Below, piece by piece: positions 16,307-26,253 of a stretch of DNA of 39,872 nucleotides. Made by a program: the position numbers and the translations under genes. Under the pieces are notes generated by a model, which saw nothing but the letters and a program-made list of their open reading frames with translations, did no database searches and was not told the DNA's origin. This DNA comes from a virus: positions 1 through 39,872 of IMG/VR virus record IMGVR_UViG_3300045988_028822. One strand, written 5' to 3'. The first letter of the stretch is position 1, and each line of letters begins with the position of its first letter.

Positions 16307-16663
16307 ATGGGAATGTTTTTGCGCAGAGGAGTGTCCGGGAAGCTTGCCGTAACCATCACTTTAATAGAAAACTCGGCGCTTGATTTTGATGAAAACATAG
16401 CGTATGTGATGGTAAACGGAGTAAAGTATTGCAAAAAAACCGTTTTAGAGGTGTACTACGGAACGGTCATAGGAATTTGCGTTGGCGCCACCTCTCCTAT
16501 GTACGAGGATAAATGCAGAGTCACAATCGATGGCGAACTCGTGCAGTCCGGAGCGGGGATTTACCGGTATACCGTGCTAAAGCCAAGCACGTTGAAATTT
16601 AGTGGAAACAAATCCACCAGCGGAAATGACTCGTGGCGGCATTGTGCGATCACAAGAGGATAG
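16307..16663 (+). CDS. Hypothetical protein (118 aa)
   Basis: Track ORF within the tail region. Confidence 0.5.
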   Translation: MGMFLRRGVSGKLAVTITLIENSALDFDENIAYVMVNGVKYCKKTVLEVYYGTVIGICVGATSPMYEDKCRVTIDGELVQSGAGIYRYTVLKPSTLKFSGNKSTSGNDSWRHCAITRG

Positions 16664-16675
16664 GAGAATTAAAAA

Positions 16676-17338
16676 ATGTACATCATTGCAAACGGAACAA
16701 CATATCCGGGCGTCGGTATGGCCGTTACAGAGGATTCTGTCATTTTTATCGGGAACTCGCTTCCGGAGGCGCAGGCGGTCATGGGCGAGATCAAGGCTTA
16801 CGCGAACAACGGGTTCGAGATGCGGGCATTTGCCGCGTCGGACTATGCGCGGAAGGAACTCAAAAGCGGGTCTTGGCTGCTGACAAATGCGCAGGAAGTA
16901 CAGCCAGTTGTTCAGCCGGTGGAATATGATCTGGACGCGTCCGTAGCAAACGCGGTGCGGCTTCTGATGAAGAATGAAAAGCCGACGACGGCGGACGAGA
17001 TCATTCAGTGCTCGGCCTTGTATGACGAATGGAAGGCCGGAAACCACGTGGTGGGAGAGATTTTTCTTGTCGACGGCGAGCCGTGGACGTGTTTTCAGGC
17101 CTACGACAATGCAGTCTATCCGGATATCGCGCCGGGAAAGAATGCCTGGTACACGTTCAACAAGCCGTATCACGGGACATCGCGCGAAACGGCGCGGCAG
17201 TTTGTCCATCCGACGGGCGCGCACGATATTTACAAGGCGGGAGAATGGGCAGTGCAGGGCGGGAAGTTCACAAAATGTTTGATGGACACGTCCTACAGCA
17301 TAGAAGAATACGCCGCTGCGTGGGAAGTGGAGGAGTAA
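16676..17338 (+). CDS. Tail-associated protein with CBM5/12-like C-terminal half (220 aa)
   Basis: YDEWKAGNHVVGEIFLVDGEPWTCFQAYDNAVYPDIAPGKNAWY resembles chitin/carbohydrate-binding W..G..Y..G..V...G..Y.C modules. Confidence 0.45.
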   Translation: MYIIANGTTYPGVGMAVTEDSVIFIGNSLPEAQAVMGEIKAYANNGFEMRAFAASDYARKELKSGSWLLTNAQEVQPVVQPVEYDLDASVANAVRLLMKNEKPTTADEIIQCSALYDEWKAGNHVVGEIFLVDGEPWTCFQAYDNAVYPDIAPGKNAWYTFNKPYHGTSRETARQFVHPTGAHDIYKAGEWAVQGGKFTKCLMDTSYSIEEYAAAWEVEE

Positions 17339-18508
17339 ATGGGCGTATATAACATCGGAACCGAAGCCGGTTACGACATTTCCGAGTCGCTGAAAAATCA
17401 TCAGGGAACGTCCACGACAGTAAAAGACGGCTCTACGTGGACGGCGGATAAAAACGGAAATATCTGGGTGACAAAAGACGGCGTGACTACAAAGGCAAAT
17501 ATCACCTATAAGCCCGGCACGGCTGGCGGCGCTACTTCCGGCGGCGGTGGTGGAGGCAGCAGCGGGGTCGGCACGGGCACTTCCAGAGGAACTACTGCGC
17601 AGCCGAAGGATTGGAGCACGCCGGGCGGTTCCGGTTCCAGCTCTACAGTAGACAGCGCGGCAGATAAACGGGCGGCTTACGACCAGCAGATTCAGGACTA
17701 TATCCGGCAGCTACAGGGGATGCAGGGGCAGAAGACGGCGTCGGCGGCTGACCAGTCGGATTACATCCGGCAGATGTATGAACAGCAGCTGGCGGCGAAC
17801 AAAGCCCAGCTCGAGAGCGACTACAACCAGAATGTCAGCAATCTCGACAGCGAGGCCAGTAAAATCGGCTCTAACTATTATGAGCAGCGCAGGCAGACGC
17901 AGGCGAACGCCGACCGGGCGCAGGCAAACTATAACGAGATGGCGAACGCTTCGGGGCTCAACTCCGGCACGGGCAGTCAGGCGCAGCTTGCACGGAGCAA
18001 TCAGCTGCAAAGCGACCTGACGACACTCGGAAACGCGGAGGCGCAGAACCGGGCGGAGATCGAGCGGCAGAGGACGCTTCTCGGGCAGCAGTATCAGAAT
18101 GCGATTCAGAAGGCGCAGGCGGAAAACAACATGGAGCTTGCGCAAAAGCTCTATCAGGAGGCTGTGCGCGTGGATGAAAGCATCATTGACGCGTCCAAGA
18201 ACGACAGCAGCCGGGCGCTGGAAATTCTCAATATGATGCTCAGCCAGGTGAGCTCGGAGCGGAACCTTGCGTCGGAGGACGCGAGAAAGGCGGCGGAGAT
18301 CGCGGCGGCTTCGGGCAAGTATGGCCTTTACGGGAAGCTCTACGGGCTGTCTGACGACGTGGTCAAGCGGCTCGAGGAAATCTATAACAAGGAGCTTGCG
18401 GACAAAGAGGCAGCACAGAGGCTTGAACTTGCGATCAAGGCCAAACAGGCAGGCAGATATTCACCCGATATATCCATCTTGGAAATACTTAAAGGACTGT
18501 ATTCATGA
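17339..18508 (+). CDS. Q/A-rich coiled-coil virion (internal/ejection?) protein (389 aa)
   Basis: Gly-run, then long Q/A/N-rich heptad-like sequence. It lies upstream of the giant gene, and the two genes overlap at start and stop. Confidence 0.5.
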   Translation: MGVYNIGTEAGYDISESLKNHQGTSTTVKDGSTWTADKNGNIWVTKDGVTTKANITYKPGTAGGATSGGGGGGSSGVGTGTSRGTTAQPKDWSTPGGSGSSSTVDSAADKRAAYDQQIQDYIRQLQGMQGQKTASAADQSDYIRQMYEQQLAANKAQLESDYNQNVSNLDSEASKIGSNYYEQRRQTQANADRAQANYNEMANASGLNSGTGSQAQLARSNQLQSDLTTLGNAEAQNRAEIERQRTLLGQQYQNAIQKAQAENNMELAQKLYQEAVRVDESIIDASKNDSSRALEILNMMLSQVSSERNLASEDARKAAEIAAASGKYGLYGKLYGLSDDVVKRLEEIYNKELADKEAAQRLELAIKAKQAGRYSPDISILEILKGLYS

Positions 18509-21500
18509 TTACAAAAGACGGCGAACGGAACCCAAATTCCGGGAAGAGCAAGGCAGAACAGGCGAGCAAAAAAGGGCAGAAGAAGAATAATACCGGCACA
18601 GGAAACAAGGGCGGCGCGCCAAAGTCGATTCCAAGCGCCTCGACAAGCACGCCAAAAACGACGCCTTCTTCCAGCACAAGCGGTTCACTGACGACGCCCA
18701 AGACGACGGAAAGCCAGAAAAGCAGTTCTTCGTCTTCTGGTTCCTCCGACTCTTCCAGAAAGAAAAAAACACTGAGCGCAGAGGAAAAATCCAAAGCGCT
18801 CAGCGACCTGATGGACAGGGCAACAATCGGCAGCTCGAGAACCTACGGGCTTTCGTTCCAGAGTTCTGCCAACCGGAAGATCTCCGACGCGGAGTCAAAG
18901 CGGAAGCAGACGCTTGTGGAGCAGGCGACGAAGAACGGGTATCTGGTTGGTCAGAACACGAAGCAGGCGCAGGATTTCCGCAATACGGTTAATCAGAAGC
19001 TTGAACGAGCCATTTCCAGCGGGAAAAGCCCGAGCGAGGCGAGAGCGGATGAGCAGCAGCGCATCAGAACACAAAGGACGGTTAACCGAGATCAGGAAAA
19101 GGGGTACAACCGGACTGTATCTGAGCTTAACAAGCAGATTGCGGCTATCGACAGCGAACTTGCGCCGCTCAAGAACAAAATTGAAGGCCGCTACCCAGTG
19201 GTCAGCGAGAAAAGCGGCAAAACCAAAGAGGCGCTGACAGAAGAGCGAAGCAAACTGATTCAGAAGAAAAAGGACGTAACGGGCGACTACGGCGTTCTGG
19301 ATTCGATCTATAACTCGCTGGAAACTGGTGCAGGACAGTTCAACTCTGGCGTTACCAGCACACTGAACGCGGGCAAAAATGCCCTGATGCAGCTGGAAGC
19401 TATCGCAAACGGCGGCTGGGATAAGGAAACCGGTAAGTTTGTGAAGGGCGATGCTCCGTTTTTTGGTTCTCTCCTTCAACCGGTATCCGATTTAAACCAG
19501 ACCACAAAGGACACAACGGCGCAGTTCGCACAGAAAGCGGCCACAGGATGGAATCAGTACGGCAAGGGCGGCGATATCGCGAACCAGCTGATTCAGGGCA
19601 CGGTTTCGGCAGTACCGAACGCGGTTCTTGCAATGGCAACGGCGGGCGGCTCTACAGCGGCGACACTCGCCCCGGAGGCTTCGGGATTGACGGCGACAGT
19701 CGCAGATGCGGTGCAGAAGCTCTCCAAAGACCCCATGTACTGGACAAGCTTTATTCAGAGCTTTGGCAATTCCTATGACGAGGCAATCGAAAAGGGCGCA
19801 ACGGAGGACGAGGCGCTTCTGGCGACGCTTCTTTCTTCGACGGTAAATGCTGTCGTGGAAGTCGGCGGAGGCGTGGAGCAGCTACCGGGAGAACTGCGCG
19901 AGGCAGGACTTACCAGCAAGGATAAGATCCGAAAGTGGGTTTCTTCGTCTCTGGACGAGGGCAAGGAAGAAGTCGTGCAGGGCATGATCGAGCGGCTTGT
20001 CAACAAAGCTGTCTACAATCAGGATGCGCCGTGGAACGATGATACGGGCAAAAACGAGGACGCTGTCTTTAATCTCGGACAGTCGGCGCGGGAGTTCGGA
20101 ATGGGCGCGGCGATTGGCGGTATCTTGGGCGGCGGGCAGATGCTGGCGCAGGATATCGCCACAAGGGGACAGCGCCTTGTAGACCCGACGGCGAGCCCCC
20201 TTGATCAGGCGATTCTGGACACCTTGCAGGGCGTGCAGACGCCGGAGAATGTGACGCAAGTCAGAGAGCCGACGGAGCTGGACAATATTGTCATGGCGGC
20301 TATGAACCAGAATAAAAATACTTCTGCCGATGTGGCAGAAGTAGAAAGTACGGCGGTCAATGATAACCCTGCGACGCATACGCCGCAGGAGATGCAGATT
20401 ATCGAGGCATATAAGGGGAGTACAGACGAAAGCCTCAAAGAAACGTTCGAAAGCTATCTTGATAATCCGCAGCAGAAATTTTCACGGCACAATATCAATG
20501 ACGTTTCAGAGCGGCAGGCCAGTGATGCAAAGCAGATTCTTGGCGGAAACTATGAGGGCTATAAAAATGCCATTAACTCGAACGGAATCAATCATGTAAT
20601 GAAAGAGCATGGTCCGTTTGGTACAGTGGATCATTCTATGGCAGATTTGAATGACCCGGCTAGAATCGGGTACGTTCTTCATAACTATGATTCCGTGGAG
20701 CAAACAACGTATAAAAGCGGGGAAGCTGACCTAAGTGCAGAATTCCGCGGAGCGGATAATAAACCGGCTCCCATGCTGAAATACAGCAAGAAGGTAAACG
20801 GAACATATTACGTTGTAGAGGCAGTGCCAGAATCAAAATATAAGAAATTCTGGGTTGTGAGCGCATATATGGAAACAGACGGAGGTACGCAAGCTTCCAA
20901 TGCTGTTCGCCCCGGAAATACGCCAAACGCGTCTCTTGCTTCTTCTCCGTCTGTATCTCAAAGCACCCTCAATCAAGAGTCAACCTTGCCCGTGAACCGA
21001 GCCAGTGACGGTACGTCCGAAACGCTCCTTGATAGCATGTTGGGTGCTTCTAATCAGAATGTAGCACAGTCGGTTGATTCTGTCAATAGGGAAAATGTGG
21101 GCGCAGATGCATCGACCGGCGCAGCGCCTGCGGGCTTTGACCCGTTAAGCCATGCGAGCAACCAGTACGGTGCAATTCCTCCCGGCGAGAATCCTTCGCG
21201 TGTGGTGGATATCCCCGCTTCTATGGACGGAGAAACAAAAGTCAGCAGGTTCTCCCGGACAGCGGCAGAGGCGCAGATCACGACAGACGAGATGGTCGGA
21301 AGAATTGAGCAGCTGGTGCAGGATGGAAAGCTCAGTCATGAGGTCTACAGCAACAAGCAGGCGATTGAGGACGGCGCAAAGCAGATTGAAAAGCAGTATG
21401 CCAGAGGCAAGAGCATCGAGCAAATCCGCGGAGAGTTCATTCGCGACGCAAACGCGGGAAAGGCCGGGGCAAAATTCGTTTCTCAGGGTACGACACTGTA

Positions 21501-24500
21501 TGCAGACGCTATCGCGGAAGGGGACTACAACGCAGCGTCCGACATTCTGGTTGCACTGACGGCGGTTGAGACAAACGCTGGTCAGACGGTGCAGGCGGCA
21601 AGACTCATGAAGTCGTTGACGCCGGAGGGCAGAATCTTCACAGTGCAGAAGATGGTTTCCAATCTGGAAGCGCAGATCAACCAGAGAAGAGCCGCGAACA
21701 AGCAGATCGAGATTGATGTACCGGATACGCTTTTGCAAACGTATCAGAACGCCGCGACGGCAGACGCGCAGGAAGCCGCTTTGCAGAACATTTATCAAAA
21801 TGTTGCAGACCAGATTCCGACATCTCTCGGCGAAGCGGCGCAGCAGTGGCGGTATTTCTCGATGCTGGCGAACCCTTCGACACATGCAAAGAACATCATG
21901 GGTAACGTCTCCGGCGCAGTTGCAAAGATCGGCAAGGATAACCTTGCCGCACTCATGGAAACTGTTTTCATCGGAAACAAAGAAGGCCGAACAAAAGCAT
22001 TCTTAAATCCGCTGAATAAGGCAGACCAGAATCTTTTGAATCTGGGCTGGGCGGACTACGACAACGCAGTCGATCTTTATGAAGACAGCACGGGGAAGTA
22101 CTCCAACACGGCGGGTGACATCAATGACAAGCGCCGGTACTGGAAGATCAATGACCCACAGAATGCTTTGACAAGAGGCATTGACAAGGCTTTGAATATC
22201 GCGGAAAAGGCGAACAACCTGAACAGCAAGGCGCTGGAAGTGGAAGATATGTGGTTCTCGAAGCCTATGTATTCTGTGGCGCTGGCCGGTTATATGAAAG
22301 CCAATGGGCTTACGGAAATCACAGACGCGGCTAGAACCTACGCAATGACCGAAGCGAAGAAGGGCACGTATAATGACCTGAACGCCGTATCCAAGTGGGC
22401 GACATCTCTTGGAAAGGGAAGCAAACTCGGACGGTTCTTGTCCAGTACGATCTATCCATTTAAGAAAGTCCCGGCAAACGTTATGGTTCGGACGGTGGAA
22501 TATTCGCCGCTCGGGTATCTGAAAGGGGCATGGGATCTCATTCAGATGCAGAAAGGGAATCCGGATATCACGGCGGCCAAAGCAATTGATGATTTTGCGG
22601 CGGCCACGACGGGAACGGCGCTTCTCGGTGTCGGCGCGATGCTTGCCAAGCAGGGAATCCTTCGGGCGACGGGCGTCGGCGACGACAAAGAAAAAGAGCA
22701 GCAGAAGAACGCCTTTGGCGCGAAAGATTTCTCCATTCTGGTCGGAGATACGTATATCCCCATTGACAGCCTGACGCTGGCCGGGACAGGGCTATTGACG
22801 GGCGCGCAAATCTGGGAGGCGGCACAGAACGCGCGAAACGGTGACGAACCGATCTCGTTTGAAGATTTTCTCGATGCGCTGTCTAAAATCACAGACCCGG
22901 TGTTTGAACAGTCCATGCTCAGCGGCATGGACAGCATTCTGACGACGATCCAGAATTCCGACGACGCGGGAACCGGCGAGCTACTGACCAAGATGGGCGT
23001 ACAGATTATCGGAAACTATGTCGGGCAGTACGTGCCGACGGTAGTCGGGCGCGTGGCGGCCAGTCTTGACAAGAACCAGAGAAGTACGTATCTGGAACCG
23101 GACGGTGCTTGGAGTCCGGTGCAGTCTGCCGTACAGGGTGTACAGAAGAAGATCCCGGGGCTTCGGGAGGATATGGCCGTCACCTACGGAAACTGGGGCG
23201 TTCCGGTCGAAGGAAACGGGGCGAACGGCTTTGGAGAAGCAGCGTTCAAGGCGGTCACGCCGGTATATCCCTCTAAGCAGAAGACAGATGCAGTGGAAGA
23301 GGAAATCGCGCGGCTGCATGATGTGAACGCGGAATACTCCAACTTCTATACGAAGCCGCCGAAGAGCATTGCCGTAGATGGGGAGAATGTCAAACTGACC
23401 TCTGAACAATACGCAAATTACACAGAAACGAGAGGCCAGACGGACTATAATCTCCGGAAGAATATGTTGGATAGCGATATCTACAAGGGGCTTCCGGATA
23501 ATGTAAAGTCAAAGGCAATGAGCCTTTCGCAGGAGTACGCGAACACGCTTGGAAAAGAAGCGGCGGGCGTTGGCTATGAAAGCGATGAGAAATGGGTCAA
23601 CGGCCTAAAGGGGAAATCCGACGAGGAGATCGTGAACGCGATTCTTGGGCGAGCCGTTGAGAGTGAAAAGTACATCAGCGACGAAGCAAAGAACAAGCTC
23701 GGGAATGTGCAGAAACTCTATGACTCGCTTGCGTATGCCGGGGTATCCGACGATCTGAAAGAATCCGCGCGGGAAAAGGCTGCGGCATACTTCCAAGATG
23801 CGGAAAAGGCGAAATTCGGCTATGAACTCTCCGAAGAGCAGAAGAAGCTTGCAGGGAAAAACCAAAAGACACTTGCAGAGTATTTCCTCGACGAGGCAGT
23901 CAAGGCCAAGTACAAGGATGCGAACAAAGACGGAACGAACCGGGACGAGCTTTTGCAGGCATACAACGACAATGAGCTGAACGACCGGACGGCAATTGCG
24001 GTTCTGTCTGCCCGGGAAGTCGATGCGTATCAGAAGTTCGGAAAGGCCGCAGGCGTTACGCCGCAGATGATGCTTGAAGCGTCCAGCGCGCACGCGAGAA
24101 TGCACGAAGTCAAAGACATTGACGGCATTGTGACCAGCAGCGTACAAGAGCAGTATGACGATTGGCTGGAGTCGAAGAATCTGACGGATGAACAGAAGCG
24201 GGCGCTTCGCATGGGCTTCTACGGGGATACGGTAGATACCTACAACAAGCTTGTGGAAGACCTTGACATCGGAAACATTACCGTCGGAGAGGCGAAGCAA
24301 GCACTATCCCCCACATACCAGTACGGATGGACGCACAATGTCAGCAGCACCGGCGTTCAGATGCGCGATTACATTTCCAGCATGGCGACGTTTGAGAACG
24401 CGCCGACAGCGGAAGAACGCGACAAGATGGGCTTTGACAGCAAGTGGGAATGGTTCTGCAATGAGCTGAACAAGAACACGGAACTGACCAAAGAACAGAA

Positions 24501-25722
24501 GTACGCGATCGCGATCAGCACGGACCGTTCTATGGCGGAAAGTACGAAAAAGAAAATCGCGAACAAGCTTGGGGCATCGTATGTCGCGCCGACTACGCAG
24601 ACCGACGGTTCCGGGGCGTCTTCGACGGCAGGTTCCAGCTCTGGCGGTACGGCGGTCACTTCAACCGAAAGTGCCGCTTCCGGTTCCGACAGCTACGCTT
24701 CCAGCGGGACTGGCGGCGGAACTTTCAGCGGATGGAGCAGCGATGCAGAGGAAAAGAGTCAGGCGCAGAAGGCCTACGAGCGGTTCGGCATGGCGGCAGG
24801 AGCCACGGAAGCCATGTATCAGGAAGCAAAGGCGGCGCTCAAGAACATCGAGACGGTCTACGACATGGACGGAAACGTCGTGCGCAGCGCAGAAGAACAG
24901 TTTGATTCCTGGCTCGAACGCCGGGACTGGACAGAAGACCAGAAGGACGCGGTACGCGCCGGGTTCTACGCGGATACGGTGAAGAACCTCCGGTATCTTT
25001 CTTCGGAGCTTCGGGAAGGAAATATCAGCGTTGCGGCGGCGAAGAGCGAGCTTTCGGCGAGGGCACAGACCGGATGGACACGCAGCGTCATGGACACGGG
25101 CGCGGCAATGGCCGACTACATTGACGCGTGGGCGCAGTTCAAGCAGGCTCCGAACGAAGACGAACGAAAAGCGATGGGGTTCAAGAGCAAATGGGCATGG
25201 TTCTGCGATTATCTCAACCAGACAAACATGACGCCGGAGCAGAAATATGCAATCGCCGTCAGTGTCCAGGATTACGGAGAGAGAACAAAGACAAGGATTC
25301 AGTGGGCGTTCAATTATAACGGAAAGCCGTCAGCCGAGCCGGAGTTTCCGGGTGAAACCTACGACATCCGGACGGACGATGGATACCGGGAGTATCTGAG
25401 TCTGCTTCTCAAGCGGAAAGACCGGTATGAGGCAAAGGACGGCTCTGTGTGGACGCTTGGAGCGGACGGAGATGTGATTGCGCAGACAAAGGACGGGCGG
25501 CAGCTTCGGGTGCGGGCAGTACTCGGGCGGAATGGCTTTGACGACGAGCCGGGAGACGGCTACACGGTCGGCTCGAAGGCGGGGCAGCTTGCGTATAAGA
25601 TGATGCAGAACGGCGTCATGAAGACGTGGGACGCGCCGGACGGGTGGACGTGGAAGCTGGTTCGCGGGGAGATCATCGCGGAGAAGAACGGGACAAAAAT
25701 CCCCGTCCGAATGGCCGGGTAA
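18505..25722 (+). CDS. Giant 2405-aa virion protein of polyvalent type (S/T/K-rich N-terminus, hydrophobic Gly-rich segments, PBECR-like nuclease-fold module, duplicated C-terminal modules)
   Basis: A single uninterrupted ORF. See the findings for the domain observations. Confidence 0.8.
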   Translation: MITKDGERNPNSGKSKAEQASKKGQKKNNTGTGNKGGAPKSIPSASTSTPKTTPSSSTSGSLTTPKTTESQKSSSSSSGSSDSSRKKKTLSAEEKSKALSDLMDRATIGSSRTYGLSFQSSANRKISDAESKRKQTLVEQATKNGYLVGQNTKQAQDFRNTVNQKLERAISSGKSPSEARADEQQRIRTQRTVNRDQEKGYNRTVSELNKQIAAIDSELAPLKNKIEGRYPVVSEKSGKTKEALTEERSKLIQKKKDVTGDYGVLDSIYNSLETGAGQFNSGVTSTLNAGKNALMQLEAIANGGWDKETGKFVKGDAPFFGSLLQPVSDLNQTTKDTTAQFAQKAATGWNQYGKGGDIANQLIQGTVSAVPNAVLAMATAGGSTAATLAPEASGLTATVADAVQKLSKDPMYWTSFIQSFGNSYDEAIEKGATEDEALLATLLSSTVNAVVEVGGGVEQLPGELREAGLTSKDKIRKWVSSSLDEGKEEVVQGMIERLVNKAVYNQDAPWNDDTGKNEDAVFNLGQSAREFGMGAAIGGILGGGQMLAQDIATRGQRLVDPTASPLDQAILDTLQGVQTPENVTQVREPTELDNIVMAAMNQNKNTSADVAEVESTAVNDNPATHTPQEMQIIEAYKGSTDESLKETFESYLDNPQQKFSRHNINDVSERQASDAKQILGGNYEGYKNAINSNGINHVMKEHGPFGTVDHSMADLNDPARIGYVLHNYDSVEQTTYKSGEADLSAEFRGADNKPAPMLKYSKKVNGTYYVVEAVPESKYKKFWVVSAYMETDGGTQASNAVRPGNTPNASLASSPSVSQSTLNQESTLPVNRASDGTSETLLDSMLGASNQNVAQSVDSVNRENVGADASTGAAPAGFDPLSHASNQYGAIPPGENPSRVVDIPASMDGETKVSRFSRTAAEAQITTDEMVGRIEQLVQDGKLSHEVYSNKQAIEDGAKQIEKQYARGKSIEQIRGEFIRDANAGKAGAKFVSQGTTLYADAIAEGDYNAASDILVALTAVETNAGQTVQAARLMKSLTPEGRIFTVQKMVSNLEAQINQRRAANKQIEIDVPDTLLQTYQNAATADAQEAALQNIYQNVADQIPTSLGEAAQQWRYFSMLANPSTHAKNIMGNVSGAVAKIGKDNLAALMETVFIGNKEGRTKAFLNPLNKADQNLLNLGWADYDNAVDLYEDSTGKYSNTAGDINDKRRYWKINDPQNALTRGIDKALNIAEKANNLNSKALEVEDMWFSKPMYSVALAGYMKANGLTEITDAARTYAMTEAKKGTYNDLNAVSKWATSLGKGSKLGRFLSSTIYPFKKVPANVMVRTVEYSPLGYLKGAWDLIQMQKGNPDITAAKAIDDFAAATTGTALLGVGAMLAKQGILRATGVGDDKEKEQQKNAFGAKDFSILVGDTYIPIDSLTLAGTGLLTGAQIWEAAQNARNGDEPISFEDFLDALSKITDPVFEQSMLSGMDSILTTIQNSDDAGTGELLTKMGVQIIGNYVGQYVPTVVGRVAASLDKNQRSTYLEPDGAWSPVQSAVQGVQKKIPGLREDMAVTYGNWGVPVEGNGANGFGEAAFKAVTPVYPSKQKTDAVEEEIARLHDVNAEYSNFYTKPPKSIAVDGENVKLTSEQYANYTETRGQTDYNLRKNMLDSDIYKGLPDNVKSKAMSLSQEYANTLGKEAAGVGYESDEKWVNGLKGKSDEEIVNAILGRAVESEKYISDEAKNKLGNVQKLYDSLAYAGVSDDLKESAREKAAAYFQDAEKAKFGYELSEEQKKLAGKNQKTLAEYFLDEAVKAKYKDANKDGTNRDELLQAYNDNELNDRTAIAVLSAREVDAYQKFGKAAGVTPQMMLEASSAHARMHEVKDIDGIVTSSVQEQYDDWLESKNLTDEQKRALRMGFYGDTVDTYNKLVEDLDIGNITVGEAKQALSPTYQYGWTHNVSSTGVQMRDYISSMATFENAPTAEERDKMGFDSKWEWFCNELNKNTELTKEQKYAIAISTDRSMAESTKKKIANKLGASYVAPTTQTDGSGASSTAGSSSGGTAVTSTESAASGSDSYASSGTGGGTFSGWSSDAEEKSQAQKAYERFGMAAGATEAMYQEAKAALKNIETVYDMDGNVVRSAEEQFDSWLERRDWTEDQKDAVRAGFYADTVKNLRYLSSELREGNISVAAAKSELSARAQTGWTRSVMDTGAAMADYIDAWAQFKQAPNEDERKAMGFKSKWAWFCDYLNQTNMTPEQKYAIAVSVQDYGERTKTRIQWAFNYNGKPSAEPEFPGETYDIRTDDGYREYLSLLLKRKDRYEAKDGSVWTLGADGDVIAQTKDGRQLRVRAVLGRNGFDDEPGDGYTVGSKAGQLAYKMMQNGVMKTWDAPDGWTWKLVRGEIIAEKNGTKIPVRMAG

Positions 25723-25738
25723 AAAGAAGGGAGCGCCT

Positions 25739-26041
25739 ATGAATGAAGTAGAAATGGAACACAGACTGACGGAAACGGAGGCACTGACGCGGGACAACAC
25801 GCGCCGGATCAATGATCTGGAAGCAGACTACAAGGTCTTACAGGAACTGACTTCGTCGGTGAAGGTCATGGCAGAACAGTTTAAGACGATGAACGAAAAG
25901 ATCAACAAGATCGACAAAACCGTTCAGCGTCTTACGGGAAAGCCGGGGGCAATGTGGGAGGGGGCGGTGAAAACCATTGTCACGGCGGTAGTTGGCGGAA
26001 TTATTGGATATGCGCTGTTCAGACTCGGTCTGAAAGCATGA
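25739..26041 (+). CDS. XhlA-like lysis-associated protein (100 aa)
   Basis: N-terminal coiled coil plus a C-terminal TM ([20 protein letters not shown]), located directly before the holin. Confidence 0.55.
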   Translation: MNEVEMEHRLTETEALTRDNTRRINDLEADYKVLQELTSSVKVMAEQFKTMNEKINKIDKTVQRLTGKPGAMWEGAVKTIVTAVVGGIIGYALFRLGLKA

Positions 26042-26055
26042 GAAAGGAGCACGGT

Positions 26056-26253
26056 ATGATGAACAAGAATTGGTGGAAGGCTGCGGGTATCCGCGCGGTG
26101 AAAACGGTATGTCAGACGGCGATTGCGACGATCGGCACGTCGGCGCTTTTGAACGAAGTGAACTGGATCGCGGTTGCGTCGGCTTCGGCGCTGGCGGGTA
26201 TCCTGTCGCTTCTGACCTCGGTTGCGGGTCTTCCGGAGGTGGAAAACGAGTGA
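26056..26253 (+). CDS. Holin (65 aa)
   Basis: ATG at 26056 follows an AAGGAG RBS. It has two hydrophobic helices, and its stop overlaps the endolysin start. Confidence 0.6.
   Translation: MMNKNWWKAAGIRAVKTVCQTAIATIGTSALLNEVNWIAVASASALAGILSLLTSVAGLPEVENE

Noticed and set aside
18505-25722. Calling the 2405-aa protein a tape-measure protein or a virion RNA polymerase
   Set aside because: No tail tube, chaperone-frameshift or baseplate genes accompany it. I also found no DxDGD-type or other polymerase catalytic motif by eye. I left it as a polyvalent or internal virion protein.
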